DNA of 64,000 nucleotides from an uncultured delta proteobacterium (GTDB lineage Bacteria > Myxococcota_A > Polyangia > Polyangiales > Polyangiaceae): the NCBI GenBank assembly GCA_963696385.1, contig CAVOKF010000008.1, forward strand, positions 256,001 through 320,000, given 5' to 3'. This document shows positions 48,189 through 57,282 of this stretch, in pieces (the first letter of the stretch is position 1; the number at the start of each line of letters is the position of its first letter). A program made the position numbers and the translations under genes. Under the pieces are notes generated by a model. That model had not been told where the DNA came from, did no database searches, and saw only the letters and a list, made by a program, of their open reading frames with translations.

Positions 48189-49244
48189 TCAAGCCCTGCC
48201 GACCAGCTGACCGCATGCGGCCCCGACGTCGCCACCGCCGCTGTAGCGCACGTGAGGACGCAGTCCGCTCGCAACGAGGTGCTGGATGAACCGAGCGACG
48301 TCGCCTCGCGCAAACGGATCCTTGTCGACGGCGTCGATGGCGTTGTACGGAATCACACTGACGCGCGGCCTGATCCCCGTCCGATTCTCGAAATCGAGCG
48401 CGAGGGCGGCAAGTGCTCGAGCGTCTTCCTCGGTGTCGTTCACGCCGGCCAGCGGCGTCACCGCCCACATGGGCGCAAGCCCCGTGAACCGGGCGTGATC
48501 CTCGACGGCGTCGATCACGTCTCGGAGCGGATGGGTCCGATCGATAGGCATCAATTTCCGCCGGACTTCTCCGCGTGCGCTCGTGATCGACAGGCCGAGG
48601 CGCACCTTGGGCAGGTCGCGCGCCAGGCGCCGGATGCCGCTCGGAATTCCCGCCGTGCAGACGGTGATGGCTCGGCCGTCGATCGCGAGCGCGCACGGCT
48701 CGGTCATGACATGGATCGCCTCGATCACTCGATCGATATTGGCGAGCGGCTCGCCCATTCCCTGAAAGACCACGCCGTGCACGCGCTGCCCCGGGCCGAG
48801 CGTGCCCCGTAGGATTCTCACCTGCTCGACGATCTCCCAGGTCGCAAGGTTTCTCACCAAGCCGAGCCGTCCCGTGGCGCAGAATGCACAAGCGAGCGCG
48901 CAGCCCGCTTGGGAGCTCACGCAGGCGCTGAAACGCCCGGCCCGCTCGAGCGGAATGCGCACGGCCTCGACCACGTGCCCGTCGGCGGTCCCAAGGGCCA
49001 GTTTGACGAACGGATCGACGGCGCTATGCCGCACCGACCGCACGTCGAGGGCCGGCACCTGTCCTTTCGCCCGCGCCGCATCGACCGCCACCCGGCGAAC
49101 ACCTTGGCAACCGGGCACCACGGTCCAGTGACCGCGATGCACTGATGCTATAATCTTTCGCGCTTCCGCCAGCGCGATTTGCAACGTGTCGGCCAGGACG
49201 TCGGGCGTCACAGCCTGAAGGGCAAGCACGCAGCTGGTTAGCAT
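48189..49244 (-). CDS. rlmN: RlmN/Cfr-family radical SAM RNA methyltransferase
   Basis: CVSSQAGCALACAFCATG, GMGEP, GVND, C-terminal AACGQL; may be a paralog. Confidence 0.8.
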   Translation of the reverse strand: MLTSCVLALQAVTPDVLADTLQIALAEARKIIASVHRGHWTVVPGCQGVRRVAVDAARAKGQVPALDVRSVRHSAVDPFVKLALGTADGHVVEAVRIPLERAGRFSACVSSQAGCALACAFCATGRLGLVRNLATWEIVEQVRILRGTLGPGQRVHGVVFQGMGEPLANIDRVIEAIHVMTEPCALAIDGRAITVCTAGIPSGIRRLARDLPKVRLGLSITSARGEVRRKLMPIDRTHPLRDVIDAVEDHARFTGLAPMWAVTPLAGVNDTEEDARALAALALDFENRTGIRPRVSVIPYNAIDAVDKDPFARGDVARFIQHLVASGLRPHVRYSGGGDVGAACGQLVGRA

Positions 49245-49265
49245 GCGACGTGCTAATCTGCTGAC

Positions 49266-49796
49266 GTGTTCGGCCTTAGTTTCGGCGAGATGATCATGGT
49301 GCTCGGAGTCGCCATGGTCGTACTCGGGCCCAAGGAGCTGCCTCGCTACCTCCGACGGGCGGGTCAATTGGCCGGTCGACTGCGCCGACTCGCGGCCGAC
49401 ATGCGCGAAAAAAGCGGGATCGACGAGGTTCTACGAACCGAGGGCATCGACCGCGACATCGCCGAGATCCGCAAGCTCACGCGGGGTGAACTCGCCGGCA
49501 TCGTCACGTCGGTCCGGTCCGTTCCGAACGCCATCCGCTTCACCAATCCGCCGGCAACCCCCTATACCCCGCCGCCGGCCCCTCCCCCTCCCCAGCTCGC
49601 GGCCCCCATCGACCGTCAACGCGAGTACCCGATCGAAGGCGCCGACTCGTACGGAGCGCTCCCGGACACGGCGCCCGGGTACGCCGGTTCGATCGTTGCC
49701 GCGCCGACCCCCACCCCCAGTACCCCGGCTCCGATCGCGATCCCCGAACCAGAGGGCACTGCCCCTCCTGCAGGCGCCTCCGAGGTACCCTCGTGA
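49266..49796 (+). CDS. tatB: Sec-independent translocase TatB
   Basis: MFGLSFGEM..VVLGPKELP, Pro-rich tail, upstream of tatC. Confidence 0.88.
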   Translation: MFGLSFGEMIMVLGVAMVVLGPKELPRYLRRAGQLAGRLRRLAADMREKSGIDEVLRTEGIDRDIAEIRKLTRGELAGIVTSVRSVPNAIRFTNPPATPYTPPPAPPPPQLAAPIDRQREYPIEGADSYGALPDTAPGYAGSIVAAPTPTPSTPAPIAIPEPEGTAPPAGASEVPS

Positions 49797-50659
49797 GCGC
49801 CGCAGCACCCGAGGCGCCGCCGCCTCCCGCTACTGCCGGGTCGCCCCCCACCGACGCAGGGCCTCCCCCCGCGGAACAGCCGGCCGCCGAGGCCCGAATG
49901 ACGATCTGGGAGCACCTCGACGAGCTCCGGCGCCGAATCGTCGTGTCGGCCATCGCCGTGGCCGTGACCACCATCGGCGCGTGGGCCTTCCGCGAACGAT
50001 TGCTCGCGTGGCTGGTCACGCCGTATCAGCGGACTTGGATCCAGCACTTCCACCGACCGCTCGTCCTCCAGACGCTGCGACCGGCAGACGCGTTCTTGGG
50101 TTACTTCGAGCTCTCGATCATGACGGGGATCGTCGCGGCCGCGCCGATCATCTTTTATCAGCTCTGGAGCTTCGTCTCGCCGGGCCTCTATCACAAGGAG
50201 CGGAGGCTCATCATTCCGTTCGTCGTGAGCTCGACGACGCTCTTTCTCTCCGGCGTGGCGTTTGCGTATTACGTCGCGTTCCCGTTCACGTTCAATTATT
50301 TCCTGTCGCTCCTCGGCACCGTCAAGGAAGGCGTCGAGCTCACGCAGATCGTGACCCTCGAGTTCTTCCTCGACTTCACGACCCGATTCCTTCTGGCTTT
50401 CGGTGCCGTGTTCGAGCTGCCGCTTTTCATCGCGTTTCTGGTGCTCGCAGGGATCGTCACTCCAAAGCAGCTGCTCGGATTCGGCCGGTGGGCGACCGTC
50501 CTTGCGTTCATCGTAGGAGCCATCGTCACACCGGGACCGGAGGTGACGAGTCAACTCGCCGTCAGCCTCGCTCTCATAGGGCTGTATTTCCTATCCATTC
50601 CGCTCGCGTACGTCCTCAAGCCACGCGAATCCGCGAGCGATCCGCCAAAGAGCGCCTGA
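49793..50659 (+). CDS. tatC: Sec-independent translocase TatC
   Basis: HLDELRRR, YQLWSFVSPGL, FELP, TPGP, multiple TM helices. Confidence 0.95.
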   Translation: MSAAAPEAPPPPATAGSPPTDAGPPPAEQPAAEARMTIWEHLDELRRRIVVSAIAVAVTTIGAWAFRERLLAWLVTPYQRTWIQHFHRPLVLQTLRPADAFLGYFELSIMTGIVAAAPIIFYQLWSFVSPGLYHKERRLIIPFVVSSTTLFLSGVAFAYYVAFPFTFNYFLSLLGTVKEGVELTQIVTLEFFLDFTTRFLLAFGAVFELPLFIAFLVLAGIVTPKQLLGFGRWATVLAFIVGAIVTPGPEVTSQLAVSLALIGLYFLSIPLAYVLKPRESASDPPKSA

Positions 50660-50817
50660 GCGGGCCCAGGCCACGTTAGGGCCACACGCGACGAATGAGC
50701 GATAGGGCGTCAGCGCGTCCCTCACGAGTGCGTCCGCGGCTCCGCTTGCGGCGAGCCGCGGCGATCGCGCCGGCGGTGCTTCGTGTTCGAATCGGGCCAC
50801 GACGCTAGAACGCGCGA

Positions 50818-51402
50818 TCAGTCCGAGGGAGCGGCCGCAGGCACCGCCACCCGCTGAGCGTCGAGCCAGAGACCCTCGATATCGTAGAGTTGGCGCGTGT
50901 CGTCCTGGAAGACGTGGACCACGACGTCGCCGAAATCCATGAGGACCCACGTTCCGTGCGGCAGCCCCTCCACCGCGACCGGACGAACCCCCCTCTTTTT
51001 CAACGCCTCCTCGATCCCGTGCGCGAGCGCATGGGCATGCCGATCGCTGCGCCCGGTCATGATCACGAGGAAGTCGGCGTAGTCGACCCTCCCGGCGACA
51101 TCGAGGATCTCGAGACCGACGGCCTTCTTGTCGATCGCGGCCACCGCAATGGCCGCGGCCGTGTCGCGCGCCGACTCGCTCGCGACGCTCCAGGGCCCGC
51201 GCGGGTCGCGCGTCTCCTCGGCCGAACGAGCCTTTTTCACCGTTCGGGTGCGAACCGGAGACACCTTCACGGAGCGAGCGCGCGCCGGCGGGGGCACCGA
51301 TCGACGCGCGCCGCCATCGGCCTTCACCTTTTCGTGGGAGATTTTGATTCGCGGCCGAGAACCTTCGCCCGAACCGCCAGCACCGTACCTTCGCGTCGCC
51401 AA
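50818..51402 (-). CDS. rsfS: Ribosome silencing factor; N-terminal extent uncertain
   Basis: DKKA, ADFLVIMTG, WVLMDFGDVVVHVF, RQLYDIEGLW. Confidence 0.9.
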   Translation of the reverse strand: MATRRYGAGGSGEGSRPRIKISHEKVKADGGARRSVPPPARARSVKVSPVRTRTVKKARSAEETRDPRGPWSVASESARDTAAAIAVAAIDKKAVGLEILDVAGRVDYADFLVIMTGRSDRHAHALAHGIEEALKKRGVRPVAVEGLPHGTWVLMDFGDVVVHVFQDDTRQLYDIEGLWLDAQRVAVPAAAPSD

Positions 51403-51482
51403 CCGTGTCCCTTTCTCTAGTCTTGCCCGCTATCGATGCCTCATCGTAACGCACCCCCGCTCGATGCCGGCATGACTTCGGT

Positions 51483-52730
51483 TCACTTTCGAACCTGCCC
51501 GTCCCCGTCGAGAACCCACTGAAATGTCGTGAGCCCCTGCAGGCCCATCGTGCCGCGCCAGTGGAGCTTGCTCGTCGCAGTGCCGATTTCGGCGCCCATG
51601 CCGAGCTCTCCGCCGTCGTGCAGGCGCGTGCTTGCGTTGACGATGACGCACGCCGAGTCGACCTCGCGGCGCCATCGGTCCGCGTGTGCGGCATTTCGTG
51701 TGCAAATCGCATCCGTGTGACCCGAACCGAAGCGCGCCACGTGACCGAGCGCGCCTTCGATGCCGTCGACCACGCGAACCGCCAGAATGCGATCGAGGTA
51801 CTCGCGCCCCCAATCCTCATCGGTCGCGGCCTTGGCTTGGGCCACGAGCGATCGCGTCCGATCGCAGCCCCGCAGTTCGCACCCCCCCGCGAGGAGGGCG
51901 GCCGCGATGGGGGGCAACAACCGGTCGACGTCGTGAACGTCGACGAGCAGGCACTCCAGCGTGTTGCATGTCGCCGGGCGGTGCAGCTTGCTATTGACCG
52001 CGAGACGCACCGCCATGTCGACGTCCGCGCCGGCGTCCACATAAAGATGGCAGACGCCTTTGGCGTGCGCGATGACCGGCACGCGCGCCGTTTCCTGAAC
52101 GAACCGAATGAGCGCTTCACCGCCGCGCGGGATCGCAAGATCGACGGTATCGACCTGTTCGAGCAGTTCGCGAATGGCGTCGTAATTGCCGGGCGGCACC
52201 ATTTGAACCGCGTCGTGCGGCAGGCCGGCCGCTTGAATGCCCTCACGCACGACCGAAAGGATGGCGGCGTTCGAACGCCCCGCGTCCGAACCTCCCCGCA
52301 AGACCACCGCGTTGCCCGCCTTCAGGCACAAAGCCGCGGCGTCGGTCGTCACGTTGGGGCGCGACTCGTAAATCACGGCAACGACACCGATGGGAACGCT
52401 CACGCGGCGCACGCGCAGACCATTCGGACGCGTCGCCTCGAACAGCACACGACCCACCGGATCGTCGAGATCCGCGATCTCGGCGACGGCATCCGCCATT
52501 TGCGCGACGCGCTTCGGATCGAGCCCCAGTCGATCGACCAGCGCGGCGCTCGAGCCCGCCGCGCGCGCCTCGTCCACGTCGCGCGCGTTGGCGTCGACGA
52601 TCTCGGCGGACCGGGTCCTAAGCCCCGCGGCAACGGCACGCAAGGCGGCGTCCTTGGCGGCCCGGTCGTACGGCGCGAGCTTTCGCGCGGCACCGCGCGC
52701 CCGACGACACATGGCTGAAATGTCGGACAT
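51483..52730 (-). CDS. proA: Gamma-glutamyl phosphate reductase
   Basis: [42 protein letters not shown]. Confidence 0.95.
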   Translation of the reverse strand: MSDISAMCRRARGAARKLAPYDRAAKDAALRAVAAGLRTRSAEIVDANARDVDEARAAGSSAALVDRLGLDPKRVAQMADAVAEIADLDDPVGRVLFEATRPNGLRVRRVSVPIGVVAVIYESRPNVTTDAAALCLKAGNAVVLRGGSDAGRSNAAILSVVREGIQAAGLPHDAVQMVPPGNYDAIRELLEQVDTVDLAIPRGGEALIRFVQETARVPVIAHAKGVCHLYVDAGADVDMAVRLAVNSKLHRPATCNTLECLLVDVHDVDRLLPPIAAALLAGGCELRGCDRTRSLVAQAKAATDEDWGREYLDRILAVRVVDGIEGALGHVARFGSGHTDAICTRNAAHADRWRREVDSACVIVNASTRLHDGGELGMGAEIGTATSKLHWRGTMGLQGLTTFQWVLDGDGQVRK

Positions 52731-52871
52731 TGGAACGGAGGACAAATAGCACGCGAGAGGCCAAGCGTCCCGCACGGATGGGACCTCCCGAGCCCGGACA
52801 TGGATCGCCGGATTCGATCGTCCGCGTCTGACGCCGGCCGTCGCGCGACGTCTGGGTTATGCTCCGCGCCA

Positions 52872-54200
52872 ATGGCCGGATATCGCGCTGTTTTCCGTTG
52901 CTTCGCAGGGTGCGCCGGGGAACATCCGCTGACCCAGGCCCTCTACCGGTGCCCGACTTGCGACGGCTTGCTCGAGGTGGCCCACGACATGACCGCGCTG
53001 CGCGACCGGAGCGCCGCGTCGTGGATGAAACTCTTCGAGGATCGGTGGATGCGAACGGAATGGCCGTACGGGTCCGGCGTATGGGGCAAGCGCGAATGGG
53101 TAGCCCCCGGCGTACCCGACGAGTCCATCGTCTCCGCGGGAGAGGGGGGAACGAATGTCTTCTGGGCGGAGCGGCTCGGGCGAGAAATCGGTGTACCGGA
53201 CCTGTGGGTCAAGCTCTGCGGCAATTCGCACACGGGCAGCTTCAAGGATCTCGGGATGACTGTGCTCGTCAGCGTCGTCCGGCAGGCGATCGCGGAGGGA
53301 AAACTGACGACCCGAACGCTTTGTTGCGCCAGCACCGGCGACACGAGCGCTTCGCTGGCGGCCTACGGGGCCGCGGCAGGCTTGCCCGTCGCGGTTCTTC
53401 TGCCCCGCGGCCGCGTGTCGACGGCGCAACTCGTCCAGCCTCTCGCGCACGGAGCTCGCGTCTTTGCTCTCGACACGGACTTCGACGGCTGCATGGCGGT
53501 GGTCAAGGAGCTGGCGCGCCGCGGCCTCGTGTATCTCGCAAACTCGATGAACCCCCTGCGGATCGAGGGACAGAAGACCGTCTCGCTCGAAATCGTGCAG
53601 CAATTCGATTGGGAGTCGCCCGACTGGATCATCTTGCCGAGCGGCAATCTGGGCAATGCCGCCGCGCTCTACGCGGGATTCAAGATGATGCGCGAGCTCG
53701 GCCTGGTCGCTCGCATACCGCGCCTCTGCGTCGCGCAGGCGGAGCGCGCGAACCCGATGTACCGCGCCTTCAAGGCCGGCCGGAACGTGGTCGAGCCGAT
53801 GGCCGCCGGGCAAACGCTGGCGAGCGCCATCCAAATCGGAAATCCGGTGAGCGCGCCGAGGGCGATGGCGGCCCTGCACGCGATGAACGGAGTCGTCGAG
53901 CAGGCCACGGAAGAAGAGCTCGCGGACGCTTGCGCACGAGCCGACAGAACGGGTCTGTACACCTGCCCGCACACCGGCGTAGCCCTCGCCTGTCTCTTCA
54001 AGTTGCGCGAGCAAGGACTCATCGATCGCGATCAGCGCGTCGTCGTCGTATCCACGGCCAACGGGCTCAAGTTCACGGAATTCAAACTTGCCTACCACGA
54101 ACGGCGTATCGCCGGCGTGGACAGCCGACGCGCGAACGATCCCATTTACATGGATCCGGACATCGATCGGGTCGCCCGCGCGATCGCGGAAATGGATTGA
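52872..54200 (+). CDS. thrC: Threonine synthase
   Basis: [10 protein letters not shown] (PLP Lys), [27 protein letters not shown]. Confidence 0.93.
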   Translation: MAGYRAVFRCFAGCAGEHPLTQALYRCPTCDGLLEVAHDMTALRDRSAASWMKLFEDRWMRTEWPYGSGVWGKREWVAPGVPDESIVSAGEGGTNVFWAERLGREIGVPDLWVKLCGNSHTGSFKDLGMTVLVSVVRQAIAEGKLTTRTLCCASTGDTSASLAAYGAAAGLPVAVLLPRGRVSTAQLVQPLAHGARVFALDTDFDGCMAVVKELARRGLVYLANSMNPLRIEGQKTVSLEIVQQFDWESPDWIILPSGNLGNAAALYAGFKMMRELGLVARIPRLCVAQAERANPMYRAFKAGRNVVEPMAAGQTLASAIQIGNPVSAPRAMAALHAMNGVVEQATEEELADACARADRTGLYTCPHTGVALACLFKLREQGLIDRDQRVVVVSTANGLKFTEFKLAYHERRIAGVDSRRANDPIYMDPDIDRVARAIAEMD

Positions 54201-54233
54201 GAGCGCGCGACTTCGACCGGGACCCCGGAGCCA

Positions 54234-54836
54234 TCAGTCGCTCGCGTCGTCGTCTCCGCCGTCGGCCGCAGCCTCCGAGGAGCTGGCGCCGTCGTCCGCC
54301 TCGGTAGCGCCGTCGACGGCAGCGTCCGCCGATGCGTCGACGACGGCAGCGTCCGCCGACGCGTCGACGGCAGCGTCCGCCGATGCGTCGGCGGCAGACG
54401 GTCCAGCGTCGCCGGACCCTGGCAGCGCATCCGTCTGGACGTCGGCGCCGCCCTCTGCCGCCGCGTCCGGGACAGTCGGCTGAGCGTCGCTCCCGGCGTC
54501 GGCGGCGTCCGCGACGGACAGGGCATCCGACGCATCCGGTGAGCTGGCGACGTCTTGGATGGCGTCCGGCCCGGCGTCGGCAACGGTCGCATCCGTGGGG
54601 ACAGACCCATCGGTCACGGCGACGTCGGCCGTCACGTCCTCGGCCGTCACGTCCTCGGCCGTCACGTCCTCGGACGGCGCGTCCTCGGACCCGCCGTCGC
54701 CGGCAGGGATCAAGCTGCGATCGAAGTTGACCAGCAGCTCACAGCCGATTGCCCCGCCACAGACTGCGCACAGCGCCGCCATCAGCAGCCACCCGCGCTT
54801 GCCGGAAGAATTCATGGACATTCCAGTTTTTCTCAT
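54234..54836 (-). CDS. Putative lipoprotein with Asp/Ala-rich low-complexity repeats
   Basis: Signal peptide ending AIGC; EDVTA x3 (15-bp tandem 54625-54673) and DASADAAV repeats. Confidence 0.65.
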   Translation of the reverse strand: MRKTGMSMNSSGKRGWLLMAALCAVCGGAIGCELLVNFDRSLIPAGDGGSEDAPSEDVTAEDVTAEDVTADVAVTDGSVPTDATVADAGPDAIQDVASSPDASDALSVADAADAGSDAQPTVPDAAAEGGADVQTDALPGSGDAGPSAADASADAAVDASADAAVVDASADAAVDGATEADDGASSSEAAADGGDDDASD

Positions 54837-54850
54837 CGCATCGCCGCCGA

Positions 54851-55933
54851 TCAAAAGCTCACGACGAGACCGCCACCGCCCCAGTGGGCGCCGACGATGG
54901 GAACCGGACTCCAGCTGACCCCGTGCTCCGTCTTGCCGCGCAAGTGGGCCATCTTGGTCTTCGAACGGGCCGAACTGATCGCAGCGGGCGCTTCATCCTT
55001 GGTCGCGAAGAGCACGACGCTGGTCACGCCGAGCGTGATCGCGACCCCAAAGGACATATCCGCGATGAGCGCATGGGTGTCGCCGTTGTCTGCCGTCGTC
55101 GTCGTCGGATTCCGGTTGAAGCTGGCCTTGTCGTTCAAGGTCAGAATGCCGAAGACGGTCCCGACGCCCGCTGCGGCAACCGCCAGCGCGCCGGTGATGT
55201 AGGCGGGCACGAGACTCCGGGGCTCGGCAGGCGGGGGAGCCGCGACCGGAAGCGGCGCCGGAGCGGGCGCTACCGCCACGGGAGCGACGGGAACGCTGGG
55301 CGGCTCCGGAGCGAGGTCCACCGTCAGGGCCCCAGACGACGCAAATGCCACGGTCACGCCCCTTTCGGCGGGAAGGCGGCCCGCATGCTTGAACCCCACC
55401 TGGTGCGCCCCCGGCGCAAGCTCGACGTCGAGCGGGGTCGGCGTGGACTGCAGCGTGCCGTCGATCGTCACGTCGGCGGCCGGCGGGTCGGACTCGATGT
55501 GCAGTTTGCCGGGCATCGCCCGGATCTCGCCCACCCGTTTTCGAACTTCGTCGCCCTGAACCAGCATCTTGGCGGGGACGTGGCCTAGAAACTGGTCGTA
55601 CCAGTCGGCGGCCGCCGAATAGTGGCCCAGAGCGTCCTCGCAGAGCCCGAGGTACCGCTCGGCTTGGGGGGTGGACTTGATGTCGTTGGCTTCCTTGAAG
55701 TCGGAAAGCGCACCCGCGAAGTCCCCCGTCTTGTACTTTTTCTCGCCGGATGCGTAGTGCTTCTTGGCGGACGCGATGTCGACGCTCGACACCGGTGTGG
55801 CCGCGGCCCGCCTCCCCGAGCCGCCCTGGGCAAGGGCGACCGGAGCCTGCGACATGATGAAGGCGCCGCCGACCAAGCCGGCCACGACCCTGCGTCCGCA
55901 CGAGGACCACGCTGCGATCCACATTTTTTTCAA
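54851..55933 (-). CDS. TPR + PEGA domain envelope protein
   Basis: Signal peptide, TPR helices, PEGA (LHIESDPPAADVTIDG..TP..LAPGAH), C-terminal hydrophobic segments ending in F. Confidence 0.8.
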   Translation of the reverse strand: MKKMWIAAWSSCGRRVVAGLVGGAFIMSQAPVALAQGGSGRRAAATPVSSVDIASAKKHYASGEKKYKTGDFAGALSDFKEANDIKSTPQAERYLGLCEDALGHYSAAADWYDQFLGHVPAKMLVQGDEVRKRVGEIRAMPGKLHIESDPPAADVTIDGTLQSTPTPLDVELAPGAHQVGFKHAGRLPAERGVTVAFASSGALTVDLAPEPPSVPVAPVAVAPAPAPLPVAAPPPAEPRSLVPAYITGALAVAAAGVGTVFGILTLNDKASFNRNPTTTTADNGDTHALIADMSFGVAITLGVTSVVLFATKDEAPAAISSARSKTKMAHLRGKTEHGVSWSPVPIVGAHWGGGGLVVSF

Positions 55934-55996
55934 GGCGCCGCCTCCTGTACCAAGCGAGCTTCCGGGCGGCAGGATACTTGGCCGAGCCCGTTCCGG

Positions 55997-56518
55997 CTAG
56001 AACCCTTCAGGCGAGACCATGGCGGTACGCGCTCCGCGAGACGCCGAAGGTCCCCCAGCCGGCGCATTCGGAACCGTCTGCGACGAGCCCGGAGACCCCT
56101 CCGCGCCGGCTGCAGAAGACTCGACGAGTTCAATCAGCACGCCTGCAGTGGCACTCGGGTGGACAAAGGCCACTTTGTGACCGCGCGCGCCCGTCCGAGG
56201 CGACTCGTCGATCAGAGGGACCCCGAGGCTCTTGAGAAGAGCGAGCGCTTCGCCGATGCCCTCAATCTCGATCGCCACGTGGTGCAGTCCGGGGCCTCGC
56301 CGCTCCAAAAAGCGAGCGAGCGACGCATTTCCCCGGGGCATCACGAGCTCGAGGCCGGTTGCGCCGATCGGCAGCAGGGCGATCTCCGCCTGTTGCGACT
56401 CGACGACCTCGCGCACGCCGGGGGCGATGCCCAAAAGAGTCCGGTATCGGCCGATCGCCTCGTCGATGTCGGCGACGCAGACCGCGACGTGATCGATCTT
56501 CTTGATCCGGAGTGCCAT
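55997..56518 (-). CDS. mce: Methylmalonyl-CoA epimerase (VOC family)
   Basis: IDHVAV, LELV, GPGLHHVA, VAFVHP..GVLIELVE. Confidence 0.88.
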   Translation of the reverse strand: MALRIKKIDHVAVCVADIDEAIGRYRTLLGIAPGVREVVESQQAEIALLPIGATGLELVMPRGNASLARFLERRGPGLHHVAIEIEGIGEALALLKSLGVPLIDESPRTGARGHKVAFVHPSATAGVLIELVESSAAGAEGSPGSSQTVPNAPAGGPSASRGARTAMVSPEGF

Positions 56519-56625
56519 GGGCGTGCTCTGCACAGCCATCGTGGAATCTTGCCTCCGCCCCTCCAGACATTCAACGCCGGCGCAGTCACGATCGCAACGC
56601 TCTCGGATATAGTTGCCGCCGGTCC

Positions 56626-57252
56626 ATGTCCTTGCGGCTCTGTTCGACGCCCGTTTGCCCGGCCCGCATCCACCGTGCCGTTCAGGCCGCCGTCCTGACC
56701 GCCGCGTGCGCGGGATGCGCCACGCTGTCGCCTCCGTTCGACAGGATGAAGGGATCGCAGATGACCGTCTACCGCTTGCAAAACTACGAAGCGCCCTCCG
56801 AGCCGCATGCCCCACCGACGGGCTTGCAGCTGCCCGTGCAGATCCAGCAATGGATTCAGGCCGGTGCATCCCTTCTGCCGCCGGGGCTCCTGCCGCCGGG
56901 CCTGATCCCGGGCACCCCCGCCGGCCCTCCGGTCGCCGATGCACCGCGGTTTCATGGATTCCGAGTTCTCGACTACCAGCCCATCACTGACGCCAGCCTC
57001 AAATCGGACATCGTCGACGCCTTCGGGTATAGGGGTGGATTCCAAAGCTCCACGTCGAATTGCATGTACGCGGAGTTTGGCTTCGCGATCGCGCAGCCCA
57101 CCGCCCCAACGCCTGCCGACATTCTCGTCTCGCTCTCCTGCGAGCAGGTCCAGGCGTTCAATTTCACGTGGCCCTACGCGGCTACCGGTCTCACCCCCGA
57201 CACCTCGAAAAGGATTGCCGCGATTGCCCAACGCACGTTTCAGGGGCGGTGA
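56626..57252 (+). CDS. Hypothetical lipoprotein
   Basis: Lipobox-like CAGC, Pro-rich segment, paired Cys. Confidence 0.6.
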   Translation: MSLRLCSTPVCPARIHRAVQAAVLTAACAGCATLSPPFDRMKGSQMTVYRLQNYEAPSEPHAPPTGLQLPVQIQQWIQAGASLLPPGLLPPGLIPGTPAGPPVADAPRFHGFRVLDYQPITDASLKSDIVDAFGYRGGFQSSTSNCMYAEFGFAIAQPTAPTPADILVSLSCEQVQAFNFTWPYAATGLTPDTSKRIAAIAQRTFQGR

Positions 57253-57282
57253 CACGTCCCACGTGCCGTGCGCGGCGATGTC

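Noticed and set aside
48189..49244. Cfr antibiotic-resistance gene
   Set aside because: No mobile context; RlmN and Cfr cannot be separated by eye, and a chromosomal RlmN-type gene is more parsimonious.
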